The position numbers and the translations under genes are program-made. From NCBI GenBank assembly GCA_003222675.1, contig QHWT01000072.1:29110-93109 (forward strand): a stretch of 64,000 nucleotides of DNA, in the 5' to 3' direction. The notes below the pieces were generated by a model. It did not search any database and had not been told where the DNA came from. It saw only the letters and a list, made by a program, of their open reading frames with translations. The stretch's first letter is position 1; the number at the start of each line of letters is the position of its first letter. Shown piece by piece: positions 36,734 to 47,289 of the stretch. Source of the DNA: Acidobacteriota bacterium (GTDB lineage: Bacteria > Acidobacteriota > Vicinamibacteria > Vicinamibacterales > 2-12-FULL-66-21).

Positions 36734-37912
36734 CTAAGACAGCGCTTGTTCGAGATCCGCGATCAGATCCGCAGGATCCTCGATGCCGACGGAAATGCGC
36801 ACGAGGCTGTCCGTCAATCCGATCTCCTGGCGCCGCGCGGGCGGCACCGACGCGTGGGTCATCGTCGCAGGATGCGAGATGAGCGTCTCGACTCCGCCCA
36901 GGCTTTCCGCGAGGGACATCAGACGTACGCGATTCAAGACGCAGCGTGCGGCGTTGAACGTGCCGACGTCGAACGACAGCATCCCCCCGAACCCGCGCAT
37001 CTGGCGCTTCGCCAGATCGTGCTGCGGATGATTCGTCAGCCCCGGGTAGATCACATTCGCCACTTTCGGATGCGCGGCGAGGAACGCCGCGACCGCCATC
37101 GCGTTCGTGTTGTGCTGCGCCATCCGCACGGTCAGCGTCTTCGTGCCGCGCAGCACGAGCCATGAATCGAACGGGCTGAGGATGGCCCCCGCTGCGTTCT
37201 GGATGAACCGCAGCCATTCGACGTCCTCGTCCCCAACGGCGATGACGATCCCTCCGACACTGTCGCTGTGGCCGTTCAGGTACTTCGTGGTGCTGTGCAC
37301 CACGAGATCCGCGCCGAACTCGATCGGCCGCTGTACGGCGGGGCTCGCGAACGTGTTGTCGACGACGAGCTTCGCGCCGTGCGCATGCGCAAGGGCCGCC
37401 GCCTGCGACAGGTCCGTCAGCCGCAGCACCGGATTGGTGGGCGTCTCGACGAACAGCATCTTCGTCGCCGGACGCATCGCTGCTTCGATCAGGTCGGGAC
37501 GCGACGTATCGACATAGCTGAAATCGATCTTGTACTTCGTCAGCACTTTGTCGAACAGCCGGAACGTACCGCCGTAGGTGTTATCGGTGACGACCACGTG
37601 GTCGCCGGACTTCAGCATGGTCGTGATGGCACCGATGGCGGCCATGCCCGAGGCGTATGCGAAGGCGGCGTTGCCCCCTTCGATCGCGGCCACGTTCGCC
37701 TCGAGCGCCGCGCGCGTCGGATTCTGCGTTCGCGCGTACTCGAAACCCTTGTGCTTCCCGAGCTCATCCTGCACGTACGTCGACGTCTGGAAGATCGGCG
37801 TGATGATTGCCCCTGTGCTGGGATCGGGGGTCTGTCCGGCGTGAATGCAGATGGTCGAGAAGCGCGCGTCGGGCGGCAGTTTCATGCTCGCCTGACGATA
37901 GTCTGTTATCAT
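36734..37912 (-). CDS. Cys/Met-metabolism PLP-dependent enzyme (cystathionine gamma-synthase / beta- or gamma-lyase family)
   Basis: This is the ORF 36734..38032 with the start trimmed to 37912 (37885 is also possible). It shows FSTICIHAGQ, FEYARTQNPTR, and the PLP lysine context HSTTKYLNGHSD. Confidence 0.85.
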   Translation of the reverse strand: MITDYRQASMKLPPDARFSTICIHAGQTPDPSTGAIITPIFQTSTYVQDELGKHKGFEYARTQNPTRAALEANVAAIEGGNAAFAYASGMAAIGAITTMLKSGDHVVVTDNTYGGTFRLFDKVLTKYKIDFSYVDTSRPDLIEAAMRPATKMLFVETPTNPVLRLTDLSQAAALAHAHGAKLVVDNTFASPAVQRPIEFGADLVVHSTTKYLNGHSDSVGGIVIAVGDEDVEWLRFIQNAAGAILSPFDSWLVLRGTKTLTVRMAQHNTNAMAVAAFLAAHPKVANVIYPGLTNHPQHDLAKRQMRGFGGMLSFDVGTFNAARCVLNRVRLMSLAESLGGVETLISHPATMTHASVPPARRQEIGLTDSLVRISVGIEDPADLIADLEQALS

Positions 37913-37929
37913 CTCGAATTCAATAAGGC

Positions 37930-40019
37930 ATGGCGCGCGAACGACTTCCGGACACGCACCAGACGGGTCGCCGCCGGAGGTCAGCGGCGGCGCTGCCGCT
38001 CCGCGGTCCCGTGCGTCCCGACGATCCGCCACAGCTCTCGCCGCGTGAACTCCTCCTCACGACCTGGCCCGGGCGCCTCTTCCTCATCGCCGCCGGTCTG
38101 AAGATGCTGGTGGCGCTGTGGCGCCTGACCGGCGCGCTGCCCACGTCGGCGCGGGTCGTCAGCAGTGCCGCGACGATCGGTCTGATCATCTCGGTCGGCT
38201 ATTTCGCAACGAAGCTCTTCGTGCTGATGAAGCAGCGCCTGCTCTGGCGCGTGCGGCGGAGGCTGATCCTCTCCTACATCTTCATCGGCGTCATTCCGTC
38301 GCTGCTGATCATCGTGTTCTTTCTCTTTTGCGGCGCGGTGTTGTTCATGAGCGTCGCCGCATACTTGTTCAAGAACGGCTACGACAAGATTGTCGACGAC
38401 GCGAGAGTCGTTGCGCAGGCGGCCGCGCTGGAAATTGCGAGATCGCCGGCGACGGCTCAACAGACCGTCGAGCGGGTGCACCGGATTCGCTCCCAGACCT
38501 ACCGTGCCTTGTCCGTGGTGTACATCGCGCCTGATGGAAGCGTTCATCCCGTCGGCCGCTGGGAGCACATGAAGGCGCCGGTGAAGGCCCCCACGTGGCT
38601 TACCGACGATCTCTTCGCCGGCACGGTCGCGTTGCCGCTGCAAGGCTCGCCTGACCAGTCGGAGCTCGTGGTGCGCAGCGCGGCCAAAGTGGCGAGCGCC
38701 GGGCGCAGCTACGTCATCGTCGACATCCCAATCGATGACGACCGCGTGCAGCAATTGCACGAGAAGACGGCGGTTCGCGCGCGCGGAGTGGTCACGACCG
38801 AGCAGGCGGCGCGCGCCTCGGCCCGAACCAGCGGCACGGCGGGAACGTATCCCAACGGCATCGCCCTGATGTGGACACGGAGCGTCATCCAGCTCGACGA
38901 CGTGGATTGGGAGACAGGCAATCCCGGCCGCGCGACGATCTCGATCAGCTATCGCCTGGGCGAACTGTACAACCAGCTCTCGAGCGCGCAGTCGATTGTT
39001 GTCGGCGGCATGCGACTGGGCGACGCGATTCTCGCGGTCGTCGTGGTGATCGCCTTCCTGTTCCTGATCATCGAAGCCGTCGCTCTCCTGATGGGACTCG
39101 CGCTCGCGCGATCGATCACCAGTTCGGTGCACGAGCTGTTCATGGGCACTGAGCGCGTGCGGCAGGGAGATTTCACGCATCGAATTGAAATCCCGTCACG
39201 CGATCAGCTCGGCGAGCTGGCGGGATCGTTCAACCAGATGACCGGCAGCATCGAAAACCTGCTGCAGACAGCGGCGGAGAAGAAGCGGCTGGAGGAAGAG
39301 CTCCGCATCGCGCACGAAATCCAGATGTCGCTCCTGCCGCAGGGGCCGCTGACTACTACGACTTCTTTCCGCTGGGCAGCAATCGTCTCGGGGTGCTGAT
39401 TGCCGACGTGTCCGGCAAGGGCACATCGGCCGCGCTCTACATGGCGGAGCTGAAAGGGCTCGTGCTGTCACTCAGCCAGATCTATCAGTCGCCACGCCAG
39501 CTCCTGATGGAGGTGAACCGGATCATCTCTGAGAATCTGGACACGCGCAGCTTCATCACGATGACCTACGCCGTCATCGATCTCGGCGTGGGGGTCATGA
39601 CGTTCGCGCGCGCCGGTCACACGCCGATGATCTACCTGCAGGCCAACGGTGCGGATGGGCGCGCCGCGCAAGTGCTGGCGCCGAGCGGTATCGTAGTCGG
39701 CCTTCGTATTCCCGGCGCGACCCAAAAATTTGCGGACCTCCTCGAAGAAGACAGCATCACGCTGCAGCGCGGCGACGTGCTGGTGCTCTATACCGACGGC
39801 ATCACCGAAGCGATGAACAGCGACAGCGACCTCTTCGGGGAAGCGCGCCTCAGTCGTATCGTCACTGAACACGGTCATCTCGACGCCGCCGAGCTGCGGG
39901 AACGGATCCTGCGCGAAGTCGAAGCGTTCGTCGGCAGCGCCGATCAGCACGACGACATGACGATGATCCTGATCAAGATCGAGGAGATGGCGGTGTCCCA
40001 GGAACCGGTCGCCGTATGA
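37930..40019 (+). pseudogene. membrane HAMP-domain SpoIIE/PP2C-type phosphatase, split by an internal deletion with frameshift near 39350
   Basis: ORF 37930..39399 ends ...EELRIAHEIQMSLLPQGPL then runs out of frame. ORF 39393..40019 continues in another frame from (G)DYYDFFPLGSNRLGVLIADVSGKGTSAALYMA... The roughly 15-20 residues normally found between LLP and GGDYYD are absent. Confidence 0.7.
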
Positions 40020-41692
40020 CGCGACGCCCCGGCGGTCTTTGTATCTTCGCCCTCGTCGTGATAAGCCCGTCCCTGGTGATCACCCGCGCCCTGGCGCAAC
40101 CCTGTACTGCTGACCTCGTTATCGTCAACGCAAAAGTGCACACCGTCGACGCGGCGCGGCCCTCCGCCGAAGCAGTCGCGGTGTGTGGCGAGCGGATCGC
40201 GCGTGTCGGCACGAACGACGAGGTGCGTCGTCTGGCGGACGCGGGTACGCGGACCATCGACGCACGCGGCCGGCTCCTCGTTCCCGGATTCAACGATGCG
40301 CACGTGCACCTCGTCAGCGGCGCGGAGGAGCTGATCGGGATTGATTTGCGCCCCGCGATCGACGAGCAGGATTTCGCGCGGCGTCTTGGCGAGTACGCCG
40401 CCGGACTGCCCAAAGGACGGTGGATCCGGGGCGGCTACTGGGATCACGAGGCGTGGCCGACCAAGACGCTGCCGACACATGTGCTGCTCGATCGCGTCAC
40501 ACCCGAGCACCCGGTCTTCGTGCAGCGCCTCGATGGACACATGGGCGTGGCGAACGCGCTCGCGATGAAGCTGGCCGTGATCGCGCGCGACACGAGAGCG
40601 CCCGAGGGCGGAACGATCGTCAGGGACGCATCCGGCGAGCCGACAGGCGTGTTCAAAGACAACGCGATGGATCTCATCACCCGTGCGATCCCGCCCGACA
40701 CGCTGGATGAAACGATCGGCAAGGCGCGCGCGGCCCTGAAGCACGCGGCGTCGCTCGGCGTGACCACGATCCAGGACATGACGGCCGGCGCGATGGAGCT
40801 TCGGACCTACAACGCGCTGCGCGCGTCACGCGAGCTGACGGCACGGATCTATTCAATTCAGAATCACGGCATCGAAGGGCTGGTCGATGCAGGGATTGCG
40901 ACGGGATTTGGTGACGACTGGATCCGCATCGGCGGCCAGAAGCTGTTCGCGGATGGATCGATGGGCTCCGGGACGGCGGCTTTCTTCGAGCCGTACACCG
41001 ATGACCCCTCCACGAGCGGACTAGTGCTTCATACCCCCGAGGCGCTCGAAACAGCGATCTTCGCCGCGGATGCCGCCGGGTTCCAGGTGATCGTCCATGC
41101 CATCGGCGATCGAGCGAACGCGATGGTCCTCGATGCGTTTGAGAAACTTCAGCAGGAGCGCGGCCCTCGCGATCGACGCCCGCGGATCGAGCACGCACAG
41201 GTCGTGCGCGACAGCGACAAGCTGCGGTTCAGGACGCTCGGCGTCATCGCGTCGATCCAGCCGAGTCACTGCATCGACGACATGCGCTGGGCGGAGAAGC
41301 GCATCGGGAAGGACCGCAGCCGCATCGCATACAACTTCAAGTCGTTCGCGAACGCCGGTGCCCGCATCGCGTTCGGCACCGACTGGTACGTCGAGCCGCT
41401 GAACCCGATGCTGGGACTCTACGCAGCCGTCACGCGCCAGTATCCGGACGGCACGCCGGCGGGGGGCTGGTTTCCGGAAGAACGCATCACGATGGCGCAG
41501 GCGATCGAGTACTACACGCTCGGCTCCGCCTATGCCGAGTTCGCCGAAGAACGGAAGGGGAGCATCACGGAAGGCAAGCTCGCGGACATGGTGCTGCTGT
41601 CGAAAGATCTGTTCAGCATCTCGCCGCGCGAGATCCTCGAGACCAAGCCCGTGCTCACCATCGTCGGAGGCCGCGTCGTGTATGGCTCATGA
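40016..41692 (+). CDS. amidohydrolase-family (Amidohydro_3) metal-dependent hydrolase, secreted or lipid-anchored
   Basis: A 558-aa ORF with LVPGFNDAHVHL, QVIVHAIGDRAN, GTDWYVEP and GKLADMVLL. Confidence 0.8.
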   Translation: MTRRPGGLCIFALVVISPSLVITRALAQPCTADLVIVNAKVHTVDAARPSAEAVAVCGERIARVGTNDEVRRLADAGTRTIDARGRLLVPGFNDAHVHLVSGAEELIGIDLRPAIDEQDFARRLGEYAAGLPKGRWIRGGYWDHEAWPTKTLPTHVLLDRVTPEHPVFVQRLDGHMGVANALAMKLAVIARDTRAPEGGTIVRDASGEPTGVFKDNAMDLITRAIPPDTLDETIGKARAALKHAASLGVTTIQDMTAGAMELRTYNALRASRELTARIYSIQNHGIEGLVDAGIATGFGDDWIRIGGQKLFADGSMGSGTAAFFEPYTDDPSTSGLVLHTPEALETAIFAADAAGFQVIVHAIGDRANAMVLDAFEKLQQERGPRDRRPRIEHAQVVRDSDKLRFRTLGVIASIQPSHCIDDMRWAEKRIGKDRSRIAYNFKSFANAGARIAFGTDWYVEPLNPMLGLYAAVTRQYPDGTPAGGWFPEERITMAQAIEYYTLGSAYAEFAEERKGSITEGKLADMVLLSKDLFSISPREILETKPVLTIVGGRVVYGS

Positions 41693-42635
41693 CCTCGTGA
41701 TTATTTTCCGGACGCCGTCCGAGATCGAGGCGAATGTCATTCGCGGCCTGCTGGAGACGCACGGCATCCGCTCGGCGCTGCTGAGCGACAACTCGCGGAC
41801 GGCGTTTCCGCTGGTGCTGAACGATCAGTCGTGGGAGCGTCGCGTCGCCGTCAGCGCCGAGCACGCCGAGGCGGCGCAGCGCATCATCGAGAGTCATCGC
41901 GACGATATGCCCGGGGGCCGCGTGGTGCCGTTCGGGTCGGAGCTCGAGCCCCTGGAGCAGCGGATTGGGTACCGCTTCCGCGATCGCGGACTGCTCGAGC
42001 ACGCCCTGACGCACCGATCACGTGTCCACGAAGATGCGAGCGGCGGCGTCTTCGACAACGAGTCGATGGAGTTCCTGGGCGATTCGGTGCTGGGCTTCGT
42101 GATCGCGGACATGCTCTTCCGCGAGTTTCCGCAGCACAACGAGGGACAGAAATCGAAGCTGAAGGCGTCGCTCGTATCCGCTGCGTCGCTCGCGCGGCTT
42201 GGCGAGGCGATCGATCTCGGGACGTTCCTGATTCTCGGACGCGGAGAAGAGAAGACCGGCGGCCGCCGCAAGCACGCAATCATCTCGGACTGTTATGAAG
42301 CGCTCATCGCGGCCATTTATCTCGACGGCGGCATCGAGCCGGCGCGGGCCTTCATCGAGCGGCAGTTCGCCGTGTTGATCGTTGAAGCAAGGAAGACCGG
42401 CGCGGCCGCCTCGTTCACCGACGATTGGAAATCCGCGCTGCAGGAATGGCTGCAGTCGCACGGCCACGGTCTTCCCGCGTACCGCCTCGCCGACGAGATC
42501 GGTCCGGATCATCGCAAGCAGTTCGTCGTCGAGGTCGTGATCGGCGGTGAATCCGTTGCGCGGGCGGAGGGGCGGAGCAAAAAAGAAGCCGCTCAAGCGG
42601 CGGCGCGAGCGGCACTTGAACGGCTGACCGCGTAG
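41682..42635 (+). CDS. rnc: ribonuclease III with an extra N-terminal domain of about 75 aa
   Basis: This is the ORF 41532..42635 trimmed to the ATG at 41682. The RNase III signature is NESMEFLGDSVLGFVIADMLF, and the dsRBD is DWKSALQEWLQ...GRSKKEAAQAAARAALERL. The N-terminus MAHDLVIIFRTPSEIEANVIRGLLETHGIRSALL... is contiguous in the same frame. Confidence 0.85.
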   Translation: MAHDLVIIFRTPSEIEANVIRGLLETHGIRSALLSDNSRTAFPLVLNDQSWERRVAVSAEHAEAAQRIIESHRDDMPGGRVVPFGSELEPLEQRIGYRFRDRGLLEHALTHRSRVHEDASGGVFDNESMEFLGDSVLGFVIADMLFREFPQHNEGQKSKLKASLVSAASLARLGEAIDLGTFLILGRGEEKTGGRRKHAIISDCYEALIAAIYLDGGIEPARAFIERQFAVLIVEARKTGAAASFTDDWKSALQEWLQSHGHGLPAYRLADEIGPDHRKQFVVEVVIGGESVARAEGRSKKEAAQAAARAALERLTA

Positions 42636-42763
42636 GCTTCAGGCCTCGGGCTTCTGGGGCCTCGGGCTTCTCGGGGTTCGGGCTCTAGGCCCGGGCTGCT
42701 GGCGCTTCGGTTTTCGAGCCGCGCGCCTGAAGTTCCCGAAGCCTGAAGCCCGAAGCCCGAAGC
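42636..42763. repeat. long palindromic GGCTTCAGGC/GCCTGAAGCC REP element between convergent genes (probable bidirectional terminator)
   Basis: The left arm GGCTTCAGGCCTCGGGCTTCTGGGGCCTCGGGCTTC faces the right arm GAAGCCTGAAGCCCGAAGCCCGAAGCC. Confidence 0.7.
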
Positions 42764-43957
42764 CTAATCAATCTCGATGATTCCCCAGCTCTTCTCGCGC
42801 TCGGGCGGCTGTCCACCGGCAAGCGCGAGCGCGGGCTCCGCGAGCGGAAGCCGCGCCTGCATGTAGCTGTGGAGCTCGCGCGCGATTTCTTCCTCCGTCG
42901 GCGGCGCGGGCCGGCAGTGGAGCCGCACCCACACGCGCAGGACCGGATCCGCGAAGCTATACCGCTTCATGCGCGACACGATCAGGTCGACATCCTCGAG
43001 CCACGAGAGATAGTCCTTGGTGGATCCCGGCGTGCGGCGAAGGCGCTGCGCGATCTCGGTGAGCGTCAGCGGCTCTTCTTCCGACAGGACCTCGAGGATG
43101 GCCTTGAGCGCGCCATATCCGCGCGCGCGGTGGAGACGAAGCTCATAGCCGTAGCGGCACGCCTGCGTGAGCTGACCGCCCGGCGCCAGCAGCGCGGCCA
43201 GCGCGCCGACCGGATCAGGACCACCACGAGACGCCATCGAGACGGCGGTCTCCGCGATCGCGCGCGCATATGACGGCCGGCCATCCGAGAGCGCCTGTAC
43301 GAGCCGGGCGAGCTCGTCGCGCTCGCGATCCTGCTCTTCTTCGTTGCCGCGGATTCCGTGCTCCTCGCCGTGGGCGCCCGGCAGCGTGGCGCGAATCTCC
43401 GCCGCCGACAGCGGCGCGGCATGAATGATCTCGAACGGCGCCGGTGCGTCGCGCAGCAGCCGGTGCGCGCGGGCCGCGTAACGCGTGGTCAGCACGAACC
43501 GGTTGCCGCTCGTGCTGAGCGCGCCAATCAGGTCGCGCAGCACGCTGCGCAGCCCGGGGAAGCTCTCGAACGTGCGCAGCTCGAGGAACTCGTCGAGCAG
43601 GAACGTCGCGGGCGCACCGCTGGCCGCGCGCGCGGAGTCGAGGAAGGCGAGCGCGGCATCGAACGCATCGCGCGCGCCGGGCTCAGCTCCCGCGGCCGCG
43701 CCGTACGGATGCGCCGGGAATGGAGAGGCGTCGCGCAGCGAGCGCAGGAACCGTTCGGGCGTCGTGGCGATTCGCTCGACATCGACGTATTGCGCCTGCG
43801 TGCGGCCGATCAGATCGCGCAGGCGGAGGAGCAAGGAAGTGCGACCGGATCCACAGCCGCCGAGAATCACCGGAATTCTCGGCCCGGCATTGCCAGCGGA
43901 TCCGTCGAGCGCGGCGAGCACGCGGCGCTCGAGCGAGGGGCGCTCCGGGATCATCAT
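42764..43957 (-). CDS. AAA/Arch_ATPase-type P-loop protein with C-terminal winged-helix domain
   Basis: This is the ORF 42764..44068 trimmed to MMIPERP at 43957. It has the Walker A motif [14 protein letters not shown], a Walker B-like FLLDEFLEL, and the C-terminal w[33 protein letters not shown]. Confidence 0.7.
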   Translation of the reverse strand: MMIPERPSLERRVLAALDGSAGNAGPRIPVILGGCGSGRTSLLLRLRDLIGRTQAQYVDVERIATTPERFLRSLRDASPFPAHPYGAAAGAEPGARDAFDAALAFLDSARAASGAPATFLLDEFLELRTFESFPGLRSVLRDLIGALSTSGNRFVLTTRYAARAHRLLRDAPAPFEIIHAAPLSAAEIRATLPGAHGEEHGIRGNEEEQDRERDELARLVQALSDGRPSYARAIAETAVSMASRGGPDPVGALAALLAPGGQLTQACRYGYELRLHRARGYGALKAILEVLSEEEPLTLTEIAQRLRRTPGSTKDYLSWLEDVDLIVSRMKRYSFADPVLRVWVRLHCRPAPPTEEEIARELHSYMQARLPLAEPALALAGGQPPEREKSWGIIEID

Positions 43958-45624
43958 CGACCCGTCCCTCCGATCATCGGCATCTGGATGCCCGTATCGC
44001 GCGCAGTGGCAATCGCGTCCGGATACCCCGCGTCGGCGTGGCGCACGACACCGATCCCCGGATCGCACGTCAACACGCGCTGCAGTTTCTCGTCCGCTTC
44101 GCGCGTGCCGTCGGCGACGATCACCATTCCGGCATGCAGCGAATATCCGATTCCCACTCCGCCCCCATGATGCACCGACACCCAGGTGGCGCCGGAAGAC
44201 GTGTTCAACAGCGCATTCAGGATCGGCCAGTCGGCGATGGCATCGCTGCCGTCCTTCATGCCTTCGGTTTCGCGATTCGGCGACGCGACCGATCCCGCGT
44301 CGAGATGATCGCGCCCGATCACGATCGGCGCCTTCACGATGCCACGTCGCACCAGATCGTTGAGCGCCAGCCCGAAGCGCGCGCGCTCACCGTACCCGAG
44401 CCAGCAGATCCGCGCCGGCAGTCCCTGGAACGCCACCCGCTCGGCGGCGAGGCGGATCCACCGGCAGAGCGCCGCATCTTCGGCGAACATGTCGAGCGCG
44501 AGCGCGTCGGTTGCCGCGATGTCCGCGGCATCGCCGGAGAGCGCCGCCCAACGGAACGGTCCCTTGCCGCGGCAGAACAAGGGACGAATGTACTCCGGGA
44601 CGAACCCCGGGATGTCGAAGGCGTTTGCGACGCCGGCCTTCTGCGCCTGCGCGCGAATGTTGTTGCCGTAATCGAACGCGACGGCGCCGCGCGCCGCAAG
44701 ATCGAGCATCGCCCTCACGTGCACAGCCATCGATGCCATCGACCGCTCGATGTAGCTCGCGGAATCCGCGCGTCGCAACGCCTCCGCCTCCGCGATCGAG
44801 AGCCCCGAGGGCACGTAGCCGTTCAGCGCATCGTGCGCCGACGTCTGGTCGGTGAGCACATCGGGGATGACCCCGCGCCGCACGAGCTCGGGCAGCACGT
44901 CCGCCGCATTGCCTTCGACCGCGATCGATCGGGCGTCGCCGCGGCGGCGGCAGGCGTCGGCGCGCGCGAGGGCCTCGTCGAGCGAGGACGCGCGCTCGTC
45001 TACATACCTCGTTGCGACGCGGCGTGCGATGCGCTGCGGATCCACCTCGATGACGAGCGCCACGCCTTCATTCATCGTCACCGCGAGCGGCTGCGCGCCG
45101 CCCATCCCGCCCAGACCGGCGGTCACGACCAGACGACCCGCCAGCGAGCCGCCGAAGTGCCGTCGCGCCAATTCGGCCAGCGTTTCGTAGGTGCCCTGAA
45201 GGATCCCCTGCGTACCTATATAGATCCAACTCCCCGCCGTCATCTGTCCGTACATCGTCAGACCGCGATCTTCGAGATCGCGGAAGACGTCCCATGTCGC
45301 CCACGCGGGGACCAGCAGCGCGTTCGCAATCAGGACACGGGGGGCCCAGGGATGCGTGCGGAAGACGGCCACGGGCTTGCCGGACTGGACGAGCAGCGTT
45401 TCGTCGTGCTCGAGGCGCCGCAGGGAATCGACGATCGCGTCGAAGGCAGCCCATGACCGCGCCGCGCGGCCGGAGCCGCCGTAGACGATCAGCTCGTCGG
45501 GGCGCTCCGCCACGGCGGGGTCCAGGTTATTCATCAACATGCGCAGCGCGGCCTCCTGCGGCCAGCCTTTACAGCTGATCGCCGCGCCGCGGGGCGCGCT
45601 GACTTGTCGGCTGAGGGTCTTCAT
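43954..45624 (-). CDS. hutU: urocanate hydratase
   Basis: This is the ORF 43954..45720 trimmed to MKTLSRQ at 45624. It shows [37 protein letters not shown] and [14 protein letters not shown]. Confidence 0.9.
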   Translation of the reverse strand: MKTLSRQVSAPRGAAISCKGWPQEAALRMLMNNLDPAVAERPDELIVYGGSGRAARSWAAFDAIVDSLRRLEHDETLLVQSGKPVAVFRTHPWAPRVLIANALLVPAWATWDVFRDLEDRGLTMYGQMTAGSWIYIGTQGILQGTYETLAELARRHFGGSLAGRLVVTAGLGGMGGAQPLAVTMNEGVALVIEVDPQRIARRVATRYVDERASSLDEALARADACRRRGDARSIAVEGNAADVLPELVRRGVIPDVLTDQTSAHDALNGYVPSGLSIAEAEALRRADSASYIERSMASMAVHVRAMLDLAARGAVAFDYGNNIRAQAQKAGVANAFDIPGFVPEYIRPLFCRGKGPFRWAALSGDAADIAATDALALDMFAEDAALCRWIRLAAERVAFQGLPARICWLGYGERARFGLALNDLVRRGIVKAPIVIGRDHLDAGSVASPNRETEGMKDGSDAIADWPILNALLNTSSGATWVSVHHGGGVGIGYSLHAGMVIVADGTREADEKLQRVLTCDPGIGVVRHADAGYPDAIATARDTGIQMPMIGGTGR

Positions 45625-45738
45625 GACGGGCGGACGCGTCGCGCTCCTCACGCGCGCGACAGCTCGCAGATCTGCCGCGCCGAAGGTTAGCAATCTAGAA
45701 ACGTACGAGCGCGTTGTCAAATCGAAAGGAAAAATTTC

Positions 45739-47259
45739 TTACTTGACTTCCGCGGCGCACGCGCGTTCCAGCGAGCCGTCCGCGAGCATTCGTGCAATCC
45801 ACTCGATGTCGGGGGACGGCGGACGATCGTGGACGAGCATCGGGACACGCGATCGCACGTGCGCGTGCACGGGCGCGAGCGCAGGGGAGGTCGCGAGCGG
45901 CGCCAGCAGATCGAGCGCCTGGCACGCGAGCAGGATCTCGACCGCGACAACGCGCGAGGCCAGCTCGAGCGCCCGCTGGGCCTTCAACGCCGCCGCCATG
46001 CTCATGCTGACGTGATCCTCGCGATTGGCGGAGGTCGGAATCGTGTCGACGCTCGCCGGGTGCGCGAGCGTCTTGAGCTCGGACACCAGCGCAGCGGCGG
46101 TTACCTGCGCAACCATATAGCCCGACTGCAGACCGCTCTCGCGCACGAGGAACGGCTCGAGGCCGCTCAGCGCCGGATTCACCAGCCGATCGGACCGCCG
46201 CTCCGAGATCGTGGCGAACTGCAGCAGCGCGATCACGATGACGTCGGCGGCAATCGCGATCGGAGCGCCATGAAAGTTGCCTCCCGACACGATCTCGCCG
46301 TCACCGGTGAAGACCATGGGGTTGTCGGTCGCCGCGTTGGCCTCTATCTCCAGTGTCGCGCGCGCGTACCGCAGCGCATCGCGGCCCGCGCCGTGGACCT
46401 GCGGCGCGCAGCGCATCGAGTACGCATCCTGGACGCGCCCGCAATTCTCGTGTGACTGATTGATCGGGCTGTCCTGCAGCAGGCGAAACAGATTGTCGGC
46501 CGACGCGAGTTGCCCCTCGTACGGGCGGGGCTCGTGCACGCGACGCTCGAACGGGTGATACGAGCCGCGCAGGCCGTCGATCGAGAGCGCGGCGGCGATG
46601 TCGGCGGCGCGCGCGAGGCGTTCAGCGCCGGCGAGCGCGAGCGTGCCGACCGCAGCGGACGCCTGCGTCCCGTTGATGAGTGCGAGACCTTCCTTCGGTG
46701 CGAGCGCGACCGGCTGTAATCCGGCGCGCGCGAGCGCGGCGCCCCCATCGAGCACCTCGGCATCGTCGCCAACCGTCGCGTGCCCTTCGCCAATCAAGAC
46801 GAGCGCGAGATGTGCGAGCGGCGCGAGATCGCCGCTCGCGCCCACCGACCCGCGGCTGGGCACGATTGGGTGCACCCGCCGGTTGATCAGATCGATCAGC
46901 CGTTCGAGCGTGACGCGGCAGACGCCCGAGTAGCCCTTCGCGAGCACGTTGGCGCGCAGCCCCATCATGGCGCGCACCGCACGGGCCGGGAGCGGCGCGT
47001 CGACGCCGGCCGCGTGGCTGCGCAGAAGGTTGCGCTGCAGATCGCCGAGTGCGTCCTTCGCGATCTTGACTTCCGAGAGCGAACCGAATCCGGTGTTGAT
47101 GCCGTACACCGCGGCATCACCGCCGCTGTGACGATCGACGACGAGACGGGCGGCGTCGACGGCGTCGGCGGCCCCCGGCGCGAGCGCGACCTGTTCGCGT
47201 TCGTCGGCAATCGACGCCAGTTGCGCGAGGGTCAGGGAATGGCCGTCGAGAAGGATCAT
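45739..47259 (-). CDS. hutH: histidine ammonia-lyase
   Basis: A 506-aa ORF with the MIO-forming context GSVGASGDLAPLAH, plus YGINTGFG and QDAYSMRCAPQVHG. Confidence 0.9.
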   Translation of the reverse strand: MILLDGHSLTLAQLASIADEREQVALAPGAADAVDAARLVVDRHSGGDAAVYGINTGFGSLSEVKIAKDALGDLQRNLLRSHAAGVDAPLPARAVRAMMGLRANVLAKGYSGVCRVTLERLIDLINRRVHPIVPSRGSVGASGDLAPLAHLALVLIGEGHATVGDDAEVLDGGAALARAGLQPVALAPKEGLALINGTQASAAVGTLALAGAERLARAADIAAALSIDGLRGSYHPFERRVHEPRPYEGQLASADNLFRLLQDSPINQSHENCGRVQDAYSMRCAPQVHGAGRDALRYARATLEIEANAATDNPMVFTGDGEIVSGGNFHGAPIAIAADVIVIALLQFATISERRSDRLVNPALSGLEPFLVRESGLQSGYMVAQVTAAALVSELKTLAHPASVDTIPTSANREDHVSMSMAAALKAQRALELASRVVAVEILLACQALDLLAPLATSPALAPVHAHVRSRVPMLVHDRPPSPDIEWIARMLADGSLERACAAEVK

Positions 47260-47289
47260 CGAAAACTCGGTTTGAGGCGGCGTGCCACG

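Noticed and set aside
42764-43957. The stand-alone AAA ATPase, and the NTase-fold gene at 59089-59985, considered as parts of an anti-phage defence system.
   Set aside because: Each is a single gene with no nuclease, effector or partner genes adjacent, and each is flanked by housekeeping genes. The sequence alone does not support a defence-island call.
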